DNA from: Phyllobates terribilis
Lineage: Eukaryota
DNA length: 64,000 bases
Direction: 5' to 3'
NCBI RefSeq assembly: GCF_046119375.1
Contig: NW_027362768.1
Span: forward strand, 32,240,001-32,304,000
The notes beneath the pieces were generated by a model. The model worked only from the letters and a program-made list of their open reading frames with translations. It made no database searches and was not told the DNA's origin. How positions within the stretch are numbered: position 1 is the first letter of the stretch; each line of letters begins with the position of its first letter. Shown here in pieces: positions 37,790-50,100 of the stretch. The translations under genes were made by a program, and so were the position numbers.

Positions 37790-38060
37790 AAAATTATTTT
37801 CCGGGCTAGATGCAGCTAAAAATTATTATTAATTTTAAATCTGGTGGAGCTTAGTATAGATGGCCTAATAGGATCAGTGCTGCACACTGCTACAAAGCCC
37901 AAATTATTTTCCAGTCAAGATACAGATAAACATGATTAGTAATTTTAAATCTGGTGGAGCTTATTATAGATGGGCTAATAGAATCAGTGCTGCACACTGC
38001 TACAAAGCCCAAATTATTTTCCAGCCAAGAAACAGATAAACATGATTAGTAATTTGAAAG
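37790..38060. repeat. ~108-bp repeat (2.5 copies), same family as the 110-bp satellite
   Basis: GCTAGATGCAG.TAAAAATT...GTATAGATGG.CTAATAG. Confidence 0.75.
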
Positions 38061-38103
38061 CTTAAAACGGTTGGTAGGGTGATTTTAACCAATCATCAAG
38101 CTT

Positions 38104-41100
38104 TTACTCTCCCCAGGATGACACAGGGGTAAAAAAGTCATTTCGGATCCATGATTTGTTCATCTTTATGAACGTGAGTCTGCCTACATTATCAGTGGAG
38201 AGCCACGTGCGCTTATCTGTCAGCACACCACCAGCAGCGCTGAACACACGTTCAGACAGAACGCTGGCTGCGGGGCATGACAAGATCTCCAAGGCGTAAG
38301 TGGCTAGCTCCGGCCATTTATCCAGATTGGAAGCCCAAAAAGAGCAAGGGTCCAGTGACACAGTCATAGCTTCAATGTTTACTTGGAGATACTCCTGTAC
38401 CATCGTCTCTAGGCGTTGACTATGTGTCAGACTTCTTGTCTCCTGTGGCCTTGCAAAGGATGGGCTAAAAAAGTGGTGAAATGATTCCGCAAAATTGATG
38501 TTACCAGCAGATACTGAGGTTCTGTTACGGTTTGAGTGCTGAACACTTGACGGTCCACGGTTGGCAAGTTGGAACTGTGAGATTCACTACGTGCACCACT
38601 GGTGTTTTGTGGAAAAGCACATGTAAGATTCTGCAACAGTCTCTGCTGATACTCCTGCATGCGTGCATCCCTTTCTATGGCAGGAATAATTTCTGCAAAT
38701 TTACTTTTGTACCGGGGATCTAACAGTGTGCCAACCCAGTAGTCAGGATTATTTCTAATTCTCACAATTCGAGGGTCATGTTGCAGGTAGTGCAGCAAGA
38801 AGGCACTCATGTGTGTTGCGCATCCAGGAGCACCAAGTCCCTGTTGTGTTGGTGGCGAGGTAACAATCATGCTTCCTTCCTCTGTCCTCTCCCCCCAACC
38901 TCGCACAACAGAAATGTGATCAAGGTCTCCCTCATCTGATGAGTCTTCCATCAGTTCGTCCTCCACTTCTTCCTGGGCTCCTGCACCTTCCTCACTAGTT
39001 TGGCTGCTACCATGCGCCCTGGTAAAACCATCTCCCCCACCCTCACATGCCTGCCGCCTTGTTGCTGCTGACCGTCTGGACCTTGCAGATGTTAGCCCTT
39101 CCACATACAACTCCTCCTCCTCTACTTCCTCCACCTCCTCTTGTGCCACCACCTGTCTCCGAATTCTGTTTAACATGTGCTCCAGCATGTAAATCACCGG
39201 AATAGTCATGCTGATAATGGCATCGTCAGCACTAAACATCTTCGTCGCCATTTCAAAACTGTGCAGAAGGGTGCATAGGTCCCTGATCTGAGACCACTCC
39301 TCCAGCGTGATTTGCCCCACCTCTGGATCTCGTTGGCCCAGGCTATACGTCAGAACGTATTGCACCAGGGCTTGTCGGTGCTGCCACAGTCGCTGCAACA
39401 TGTGCAGAGTTGAATTCCACCGGGTAGGCACATCGCATTTTAGCCGGTGAAGTGGCAGGCCCAACGACTTCTGTAGAGATGTAACTCGCTGAGCTGCGGG
39501 ATGCGAACGGTGGAAGTGAGGACACAGCAACCGTGCCCTCTGCAGAAGGCCATCTAGTCTGGGATAGTGGGCTAAAAATTGCTGGACAACCAGGTTCAAC
39601 ACGTGAGCCATACAATGCACGTGTGTGACATTGCCCCGGCGAAGGGCCGCACCCAGGTTTGCAGCATTGTCGCACACGGCCTTCCCTGGTTTCAGGTCCA
39701 GTGGAGAAAACCATTCATGAAATTGGTTCTCCAGAGCTGACCACAACTCCTCAGCTGTGTGACTCACATTTCCCAGACATTTCAAAGTAAAAACCGCCTG
39801 ATGACGTTGAGCCCTACTGCCAGCATAGTAAGGAGGTGTGCAGGATCCCTTCTGCGCAGTTAGAAAGCTTGTGGCATGACCAAACAGGCTTTGGGTGCAG
39901 GTGGAAGACCGAGAGGAGGTTGAGGAGGCAGAAGCAGTGGAGGAACTTTGACATAAAGAGGATTGACGCACAACTCGTGGGGACGGCAAGACTTGGACAG
40001 CAGCCGCTTGTCCTGCTGTCACCATAGTTACCCAGTGCCCAGTCAGCGACATGTAACGCCCCTGTCCATGCCTACTCGTCCAAGTGTCTGTGGTGAAATG
40101 CACCCTGTCATACACAGAGTTTCTCAAAGAAGCGATGATGTTGTGTGCGACATGCTGGTGGAGCGCAGGCACACCTTTCTTTGAGAAGTAGTGCCGACTG
40201 GGCATCTGGTACTGGGGCACTGCGACGGACATAAGGTCTCGAAAATCCTCTGTGTCCACCAGGCGGAAAGGCAGCATTTCTGTAGCCAAGAGCTTGCAGA
40301 TGGTGAAATTCAACCTCTTAGCTTTCTCATGGCTAGGAGGAAATGGTCTTTTACTTGTCCACATCTGAGGGACCGAGGGCTGGCTATTGTGCTTAGACGG
40401 GGTTGATAAGGGTGTCCCCGGCAAACTGCCGGTCTGTGAGGAAGATGCAGGCGGACATGTTAGGTTGCCTTGATCCAAAGGTGGTGCTATCGATGTCGGA
40501 CAGCGCTCAACACCAGCTGGTGTTACCACCTCCAAAGAAAATGATGACCTGCCAATCACGCTGGCTGTTGCGGGTAAAGAGGTGGCAGGTCTGCGCCCCA
40601 AAACAGGTGTGACTGCTGTCCCCCCAGTCACAGAGGATGAAGAGGCCGCGGATGCACAAGATATGGCAGACGGTGGTTGGCCCGGCCGGCTAGGCCGCAT
40701 TGTAGCACACTGAGCTTCCCAATGCAACTTATGCTTCATGTCCATGTGCCGGTTCATGCATGAAGTACTCAAACTATGTATTTTTTGGCCTCTACTTAGC
40801 TTTTGCTGACAAATGTTACAGATAACACGAGTTGGGTCATCTTTATCGATCTGAAAAAATGCCCAGGCTATGCAAGGCTTAGCACCCATGCGACCTGAAG
40901 AGCCACCACGACTTGTGGTGAGAGGCAGAGTTGTGTTTGAGGATGCAGTTGTTGACGTGCTTCCAGTACTACGTCTCTGTCCAGGAAGGCGCAACCTGAC
41001 CTCGTCGTCACTAGCATCTTCCTCCACCTCCTCTGCTGACTTCATCTCTTGGCTGACTGTGGGTTGACAGTAAGTGGGATCTCCAACCTCATCATCATCA

Positions 41101-41803
41101 CCCTGTGCGTTATCACACCCGTCGTCCTCAGAGCCAACCTGTTCCTGCCCTGACAAAAACTAAAGTTGTCGCTCCAATCAGGTATTTGAGTCTCATCATC
41201 GTCTTCCTCATTGTCTCCACCAACAGGAGTTACAGTTTGGGAATGAGGGTCTACATTATGGTCAGAACCTTCTGCGTCTGGTCCTGGATCCGACTCATAA
41301 AGATTCTGGGCATCAGTGCAGATCATTTCCTCGTCTGGATTCACAGAAGCGCTGGAGTCGACCTCTGATTCCCAGGCTATAGTATGAGTAAACATCTCTG
41401 CAGACTCAACCATCTGTTCTACCTCATACTCAGACGGGCAGCTGGAGATTTGGGAGCTATGAGGAAGCAAGTGCGATTGGGGTGACACCTTTGAGGACTG
41501 GAGTATTTGGGATGTTGAAGTTGATGTGGAGGAGAGCCCACTTAAAGGAGCACTTGATATCCGTTGAAGCACCTGCTGTTTTTGTGCCTCATCTGGAATT
41601 TGTAGCGATTGGCGTGGCCGTAAGAAAGGGATCTTATCACATTGTCCGCTAAAAGAAGTAGACATTTTAGTTTGGCTGGAAGATGGTCTTTCTTCTGCAG
41701 ATGTTGCTGTTGCTTTAACACCTACCCCACGGACACAACCTTTTTTCCCCTTCCCAACACGCCTATTCCCCTTTCCACCAGCAGCAGGCCTTTTTCCACT
41801 CAT
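38104..41803 (-). pseudogene. hAT-3 transposase, ~1,230 codons, interrupted only by two frameshifts (~41160 and ~38550)
   Basis: Joins ORFs 41042-41803, 38427-41156 and 38104-38403; BED finger, FTTDTW (D), VCDNAAN (D), CMAH, TRWNS, CPAASVLSERVFS (E) and hATC domain all present. Confidence 0.92.
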
Positions 41804-41929
41804 TTTGGTGGTTACCTAATTCACAACTCTGGAGTTGTTTGCACAAAAAAACAATGGATGGGAACCGAGCAGAGCTGAGTGGCCAAACTGTGGTATTAGG
41901 CCAAAACTATTGGCTGGGTTAGATGCAGA

Positions 41930-44900
41930 AAAAAATTATATTCAATTTGCAACCTGATGGAGGTCAATATAGATGGACAAAAAGAACAAGTCCCACACAC
42001 AGCTAGAAGCCCAAATTTTTTTCAGAGGTAGATGCAGAAAAAAATTGTATTCAGTTTGCAACCTGATGGAGGTCAGTATAGATGGACTAATAGAAGAAGT
42101 CCTACACACAGCTAGAAGCCCAAATATTTTTTCAGAGGTAGATGCAGAAAAAAAATATATTCAGTTTGCAACCTGATGGAGGTCAGTATAGATGGACTAA
42201 TAGAGAAAGTCCCACACACTGCTAGAAGGCCAAATATTTTTTCAGAGCTAGATGCAGAAAAAAATTATATTCAGTTTGCAACCTGATGGAGGTCAGTATA
42301 GATGGACTAATAGAACAAGTCCCACACACAGCTAGAAGGCCAAATATTTTTTCAGAGCTAGATGCAGATAAAAATTATTTTTAATTTGCAACCTGATGGA
42401 GGTCAGTATAGATGGACTAATAGAGAAAGTCCCACACACTGCTAGAAGGATGCAGAAAAAAATTATATTCAGTTTGCAACCTGGTGGAGGTCAGTATAGA
42501 TGGACTAATAGAACAAGTCCCACACACAGCTAGAAGCCCAAATATTTTTTCAGAGGTAGATGCAGAAAAAAATTATATTCAGTTTGCAACCTGATGGAGG
42601 TCTGTATAGATGGATTAATAGAACAAGTCCCACACACAGCTAGAAGCCCAATATTTTTTCAGAGGTAGATGCAGAAAAAAAATATATTCAGTTTGCAACC
42701 TGATGGAGGTCAGTATAGATGGACTAATAGAGAAAGTCCCACACACTGCTAGAAGGCCAAATATTTTTTCAGAGCTAGATGCAGACAAAAAAATTATTTT
42801 TAATTTGCAACCTGATGGAGGTCAGTATAGATGGACTAATAGAGAAAGTCCCACACACTGCTAGAAGGCCAAATATTTTTTCAGAGCTAGATGCAGATAT
42901 AAATTATTTTTAATTTGCAACCTGATGGAGGTCAGTATAGATGGACTAATAGAGAAAGTCCCACACACTGCTAGAAGGCCAAATATTTTTTCAGAGCTAG
43001 ATGCAGAAAAAAATTATATTCAGTTTGCAACCAGATGGAGGTCAGTATAGATGGACTAATAGAACAAGTCCCACACACAGCTAGAAGGCCAAATATTTTT
43101 TCAGAGCTAGATGCAGATAAAAATTATTTTTAATTTGCAACCTGATGGAGGTCAGTATAGATGGACTAATAGAGAAAGTCCCACACACTGCTAGAAGGCC
43201 AAATATTTTTTCAGAGCTAGATGCAGAAAAAAATTATATTCAGTTTGCAACCTGGTGGAGGTCAGTATAGATGGACTAATAGAACAAGTCCCACACACAG
43301 CTAGAAGCCCAAATATTTTTTCAGAGGTAGATGCAGAAAAAAATTATATTCAGTTTGCAACCTGATGGAGGTCTGTATAGATGGATTAATAGAACAAGTC
43401 CCACACACAGCTAGAAGCCCAAATATTTTTTCAGAGGTAGATGCAGAAAAAAATTATATTCAGTTTGCAACCTGATGGAGGTCTGTATAGATGGATTAAT
43501 AGAACAAGTCCCACACACAGCTAGAAGCCCAATATTTTTTCAGAGGTAGATGCAGAAAAAAAATATATTCAGTTTGCAAACCTGATGGAGGTCAGTATAG
43601 ATGGACTAATAGAGAAAGTCCCACACACTTCTAGAAGGCCAAATATTTTTTCAGAGCTAGATGCAGACAAAAAATTATTTCTAATTTGCAACCTGATGGA
43701 GGTCAGTATAGATGGACTAATAGAGAAAGTCCCACACACTGCTAGAAGGCCAAATATTTTTTCAGAGCTAGATGCAGATATAAATTATTTTTAATTTGCA
43801 ACCTGATGGAGGTCAGTATAGATGGACTAATAGAGAAAGTCCCACACACTGCTAGAAGGCCAAATATTTTTTCAGAGCTAGATGCAGAAAAAAATTATAT
43901 TCAGTTTGCAACCAGATGGAGGTCAGTATAGATGGACTAATAGAACAAGTCCCACACACAGCTAGAAGGCCAAATATTTTTTCAGAGGTAGATGCAGATA
44001 AAAATTATTTTTAATTTGCAGCCTGATGGAGGTCAGTATAGATGGACTAATAGAGAAAGTCCCACACACTGCTAGAAGGCCAAATATTTTTTCAGAGCTA
44101 GATGCAGACAAAAAATTATTTTGAATTTGCAACCTGATGGAGGTCAGTATAGATGGACTAATAGAGAAAGTCCCACACACTGCTAGAGGGCCAAATATTT
44201 TTTCAGAGCTAGATGCAGACAAAAAATTATTTTTAATTTGCAACCTGATGGAGGTCAGTATAGATGGACTAATAGAGAAAGTCCCACACACTGCTAGAAG
44301 GCCAAATATTTTTTCAGAGCTAGATGCAGATAAAAATTATTTTTAACTTGCAACCTGATGGAGATCAGTATAGATGGACTAATAGAGAAAGTCCCACACA
44401 CTGCTAGAAGGCCAAATATTTTTTCAGAGCTAGATGCAGAAAAAAATTATATTCAGTTTGCAACCTGATGGAGGTCAGTATAGATGGACTAATAGAACAA
44501 GTCCCACACACAGCTAGAAGCCCAAATATTTTTTCAGAGGTAGATGCAGATAAAAATTATTTTTAATTTGCAACCTGATGGAGGTCAGTATAGGTGGACT
44601 AATAGAGAAAGTCCCACACACTGCTAGAAGGCCAAATATTTTTTCAGAGCTAGATGCAGACAAAAAATTATTTTGAATTTGCAGCGTGATGGAGGTCAGT
44701 ATAGATGGACTAATAGAACAAGTCCCACACACTGCTAGAAGGCCAAATATTTTTTCAGAGCTAGATGCAGAAAAAAATTATATTCAGATTGCAACCTGAT
44801 GGAGGTCAGTATAGATGTACTAATAGAACTAGTCCCACACACTGCTAGAAGCCAAAATATTTTTTCAGAGCTAGATGCAGAAAAAAATTATATTCAATTT

Positions 44901-44935
44901 GCAACCTGATGGAGGTCAGTATAGATGGACTAATA
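41930..44935. repeat. 110-bp satellite (~27 copies) in hAT-3 5' subterminal region
   Basis: Unit GGCCAAATATTTTTTCAGAGCTAGATGCAGAAAAAAATTATATTCAGTTTGCAACCTGATGGAGGTCAGTATAGATGGACTAATAGAGAAAGTCCCACACACTGCTAGAA. Confidence 0.95.
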
Positions 44936-46483
44936 GAATGATGCTATGCCCAAAAGATTTTACTTCACTAGGTGCAGTAAAAAAATTGGTATTCTATACA
45001 CAGGTGGTATATCTTGCAACACAGATAGGCTACTCCACTGACTAACACACTCTGCAATAGGCCAAAAAAAGGCTTAGCTTTGCTAGATTCAGCCAAATGC
45101 TGTGAAAAAAACTTGCACAGCACTGGCACAGACCTGCCTGGCAAAAACTGATAGGAACTGATGTAACCTAGTCCTGAAAAGGACTGCAATTACAATTAGT
45201 CTTTACTCCCACAATCTATCTATTTAAGAACACAGACCTGCCTGATAAAAGTCGTAGGAAATGCTGTAACCTAGTCCTTAAAAGGACTGCAATCACAACT
45301 ATTCCCTACTCCCAAGCTATCTGTAGATTTGTGCGAAAATTGGCTTGAAATTAACAAGGTATATCGCACACAGCAACAGCGGTGCCGTCTAACACGCAGC
45401 TGCAGCAGTGAGAAAATGGTGGCGACGGGGAAAATGGCTTGGTCTTATAGGGCAAGGACATGTGACATACACTGCCAAAGACACATGCCCTTGCTTGTGT
45501 GAAAAAAAGCACTTCGCTCCGTGTGTGCGCTGCTGATAGGCTGACAGATTGCACCTCCCCACTGTAAATGCGGGAAAGAGAAAAAAAAATGGAGATCTTC
45601 ATTATTCCTGCAGAGATACATCCCCTGCCCCTCCCCCCACCCCGCTGTACACTCAAACTGCGTATTAACATTAATTTTCATCATTACTGAGAAAAAATCC
45701 AGTTATGATTTTGGTGCACGAACAGTTATCGAACATAACCTTGAACAGCCGAATTTTTCTCAAATCGTTCGTGTTCGCCGAACGGCTCGAATACCGCCCA
45801 AAACAGCTCGAATTTGAGATTGGCGAACAGTTCGAGTCGAGCAACGCTCATTTCTACTACTGGTTAGCAGTAGGGGCCTGGTCAGTCTGTGAGCAAGCAG
45901 GATCTCCCCTGGCCAGGTGGAGTTGTAGGCCTCCCCGACTATCTGCACTCTTTCCTGGCTACCTTGCTCTATGCGGGTAGAAGTAGCCCACGTCCCTGAG
46001 TATACCATGTGGTGCTCACCCGTATGGCTGGTGACTTGGGGCCTTCCGTCAGCCTTCGCTTCACGATGGCGGTGCTGGTCCCTTGCTTGTGACCGTGCCT
46101 TCGGGTTTCTAAGGCCAGAGGACACGGAATCCCCTGCCGGTTGGATTCTGCTGCTGGACCTGGATGTCCCCACAGCCTCGGACTCCTTGTCCGGGTTTAG
46201 TGTCTTCAGCCAAGGCGAGATATCTAGCTTCCAGCTTCTGGCACTCACTCCTGCTCCTACAGAGCTCCTAGTTCTTGCTTTCCCTGTGTCTGGAACTTCA
46301 CTCCAGGCTCTGACTGACTTAATCCCGCCCCAGACCCAGTTTATAAGGGCAGATTCCTCCCCTCCCAGGTCTGGGTGGGCCATGTTGCATGCTTAGGGCT
46401 CCTGACCAGAGAAACCTCCCACTTGCTCTCAGACATAATATCTCTATTACTGTGGCAATCAGACCCCTGGGGTGTCACATCTG

Positions 46484-46876
46484 TCTTTAGCAACGATCTC
46501 TGCAGAGAATTAAAAAGAAGGCATTGCAGCCAGAGTATGATGACATGGATCAAGAAGCTGTAGCGGGCGATTACACACAGCCCAGCCTCATCTCATCCCA
46601 ACGTGCATTGGGGGACAATAAGACAGAGGAGGAGGAGGAGGAAGAACAGGAGCTGGTACTTGGAATGAACTCGCTCTGTACGCCTTGGAGGTACTGGTCT
46701 GCCCTGCCGCTAGCCTGTTATCGGAGCGTGTTTTTAGTGCCGCTGGGGGAATTATAACTGATAAGCGCACTCGCCTGTCAACTGACAATGCTTACAAGCT
46801 GACTCTTATCAAAATAAACAAGGACTGGATTGGGCCAGACTTCTCATCACCACCAAATGACAGCAGAGTAACTTAA
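46484..46876 (+). pseudogene. hAT-2 transposase pseudogene, 3' part (with internal deletion)
   Basis: Continues from 33145; EVLVCPAASLLSERVFSAAGGIITDKRTRLSTDNAYKLTLIK. Confidence 0.85.
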
Positions 46877-47159
46877 AGTCAAATCCACTGTGTTATTTCG
46901 GGAAATGTATTCCCATGCACCGCTTCACACCCACACATGGGTATATGCTTCCTCATTTCGGCTGTTTTTTGCTCTTCTACTTATCCTCAGCCTCCACCAC
47001 CACTATACTACCAGGGTGACTGTGGTCTGTGTTGCCAGCATTGCAAGTTCCTCCGTCCAAATTTTTGGCAGCTTTTGCTTGGAAGGCATAGGCAAAGACT
47101 ATGGGAGACCCACTCCCCAATAATGGAAATACTGTTTTTAATATGCTGTACTGCATGGC

Positions 47160-50100
47160 TCTTATAAGGGGCATTAAAACCATCTTGTTAAGCTACTGTG
47201 ACCTCCACGTCTCTTCCAAGGGGCATTAAAACCATCTTGATAAGCTACTGTGACCTTCACGTCTCTTCCAAGGGGCATTAAAACCATTTTCTTAAGCTAC
47301 TGCGACCTCCACCATTCTTCCAAGGGGCATTAATATTGTCTTCTTACTCCACTGTGACCTCCACATCTCTTCCAAGGGGCATTAAACTGTCTTGTTAAGC
47401 TACTGCGACCTCCACCACTCTTCCAAGGGGCATTAAAACCGTCTTGTTAAGCTACTGCAACCTCCACCACTCTTCCAAGGGGCATTGATATTGTCTTTTT
47501 ATTCAACTGTGACATCCAAGTCTCTTCCAAGGGGCATTAAAACCATCTTGTTAAGCTACTGTGACCTCCAAGTTTCTTCCAAGGGGCATTAAAACCATCT
47601 TGTTAAGTTACTGCGACCTCCACGTCTCTTCCAAGGGGCATTAAAACCGTCTTGTTAAGTTTCTGCGACCTCCACCACTCTTCCAAGGGGCATTAAAATC
47701 ATCTTGTTAAGCTACTGTGACCTGCTCGCCTCTTCCAAGGGGCATTAAAACCGTCTTGTTAACCTACTGCGACCTCCACCACTCTTCCAAGGGTTAATGC
47801 CCCTTGGAAGAGTGGTGGAGGTCGCAGTAGGTTAACAAGACGGTTTTAATGCCCCTTGGAAGAGGCGAGCAGGTCACAGTAGCTTAACAAGATGATTTTA
47901 ATGCCCCTGTGACCTCCACGTCTCTTCCAAGGGGCATTAAAACCGTCTTGCTAAGCTACTGTGACCTCCACGTCTCTTCCAAGGGGCATTAAAACCATTT
48001 TCTTAAGCTACTGCGACCTCCACCATTCTTCCAAGGGGCATTAATATTGTCTTTTTATTCCACTGTGACCTCCACGTCTCTTCCAAGGGGCATTAAACCG
48101 TCTTGTTAAGCTACTGCGACCTCCACCACTCTTCCAAGTAGCATTAAAACTGTCTTGTTAAGCTACTGCAACCTCCACCACTCTTCCAAGGGGCATTGAT
48201 ATTGTCTTTTTATTCAACTGTGACATCAAAGTCTCTTCCAAGGGGCATTAAAACCATCTTGTTAGGCTACTGTGACCTCCAAGTTTTTTCCAAGGGGCAT
48301 TAAAACCATCTTGTTAAGCTAATGCGACCTCCACGTCACTTCCAAGGGGTATTAAAAGCGTCTTGAAGCTTCTGCGACCTCAACCACTCTCCCAAGGGGC
48401 ATTAAATCATCTTGTTAAGCTACTGTGACCTCCTCGTCTCTTCCAAGGGGCATTAAAACCGTCTTGTTAACCTACTGCGACCTCCACCACTCTTCCAAGG
48501 GGCAATAAAACCGTCTTGTTAAGCTACTGCGACCTCCACCACTCTTCCAAGGGGCATTAAAAGCCATCTTGTTAAGCTACTGTGACCTCCACGTGTCTTC
48601 CAAGGGGCATTAGAACCATGTTGTTAAGCTACTGCGACCTTCACCACTCTTCCAGGTGCATTGATATTGTCTTTTTATTCCACTGTGACCTCCACGTCTC
48701 TTCCAAGGGGCATTAAAACCATCTTGTTAAGATACTGTGACCTCCACCAATCTACCAAAGGGCTTTAAAACCAATTTGTAAAGCTACTGCGACCTTCACC
48801 ACTCTTCCAAGAGGAATTGAAATCGTTTTTTTATTCCACTGTGACTTCCACGTCTCTTCCAAGGGGCATTAAAAATATCTTGTTAAGCTACTGTGATCTC
48901 CACGTTTCCTCCAAGGGGCATTAAAACTGTCTTGTTAAGCTACTGTGACCTCCTCGTGTCTTCCAAGGGGCATTAAAACAGTCTTGCTAAGCTACTGCGA
49001 CCTCCACCACTCTTCCAAGGTGCATTGATATTGTCTTTTTATTCCACTGTGACCTCCACGTCTCTTACAAGGGGCATTAAAACCATCTTGTTAAGCTACT
49101 GTGACCTCCACGTTTCCTCCAAGGGGCACTAAAACCGTCTTGTTAAGCTACTGCGACCTCCATGTCTCTTCCAAGGGGCATTAAAACTCTCTTGTTAAGC
49201 TACTGCAACCTCCAATACTCTTCCAAGAGGCATTAAAACCATCTTGTTAAGCTACTGCGACCTCCACCACTCTTCCAAGGGGCATTAAAATGATCTTGTT
49301 AAGCTACTGGGACCTCCATGTCTCTCCCAAGGGGCATTAAAACCATCTTGATAATCTACTGCGACCTCCACCACTCTTCTAAAGGGCATTAAAACCGTCT
49401 TGTTAAGCTACTGCGACCTCCACGTCTCTTCCAAGGGGCATTAAAACCGTCTTTTTAAGCTACTGTGACCTCCACATTTCTTCAAAGGGGCATTAATACC
49501 GTCTTGTTAAGCTACTGCGACCTCCACCACTCTTCCAAGGGGCATTAAAACCGTCTTGTTAAGCTACTGCGACCTCCACAACAATTACAAAGGGCATTGA
49601 TATTGTCTTTTTATTCTACTGTGACCTCCACGTCTATTCCAAGTGGCATAAAAACCGTCTTGTTAAGCTACTGTGACCTCCACGTTTCTTCCAAGGGGCA
49701 CTAAAACCGTATTGTTAAGCTACTGCGACCTCCAACACTCTTCCAAGGGGAATTAAAACCGTCTTGTTAAGCTAATGCGACTTCCACCACTCTTCCAAGG
49801 GGCATAGATATTGTCTTTTTATTCCTCTGTGACCTCCACGTCTCTTTCAAGGGGCATTAAAACCGTCTTATTAAGCTACTGTGACCTCCATGTTTCTTCC
49901 AAGGGGCATCAAAACCGTCTTGTTAAGCTACTGTGACCTCCACCACTCTTCCAAGGTGCATTAAAACCGTCTTGTTAAGCTACTGCGACCTCCAACACTC
50001 TTCCAAGGGGCATTGATATTGTCTTTTTATTCCACTGTGACCTCCACGTCTCTTTCAAGGGGCATTAAAACCATCTTCTCAAGCTACTGCGACCTCCACC

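Larger units (their letters stand above)
33549..45856 (-). mobile_element. hAT-3 (12.3 kb)
   Basis: TIRs TAGTGTTGAGC / GCTCATTTCTA; 8-bp TSD GTACTGGT / CTACTGGT (7/8); near-intact transposase. Confidence 0.9.
33146..46479 (-). mobile_element. Solo LTR-B split by hAT-3 (LTR pieces 33146-33548 and 45857-46479)
   Basis: 4-bp TSD TCTG (33142-33145, 46480-46483); the two halves join colinearly with LTR-A. Confidence 0.85.

Noticed and set aside
43585-44732. Repetitive ORFs (MEVSIDGLIEKVPH...)
   Set aside because: Translations of the 110-bp satellite
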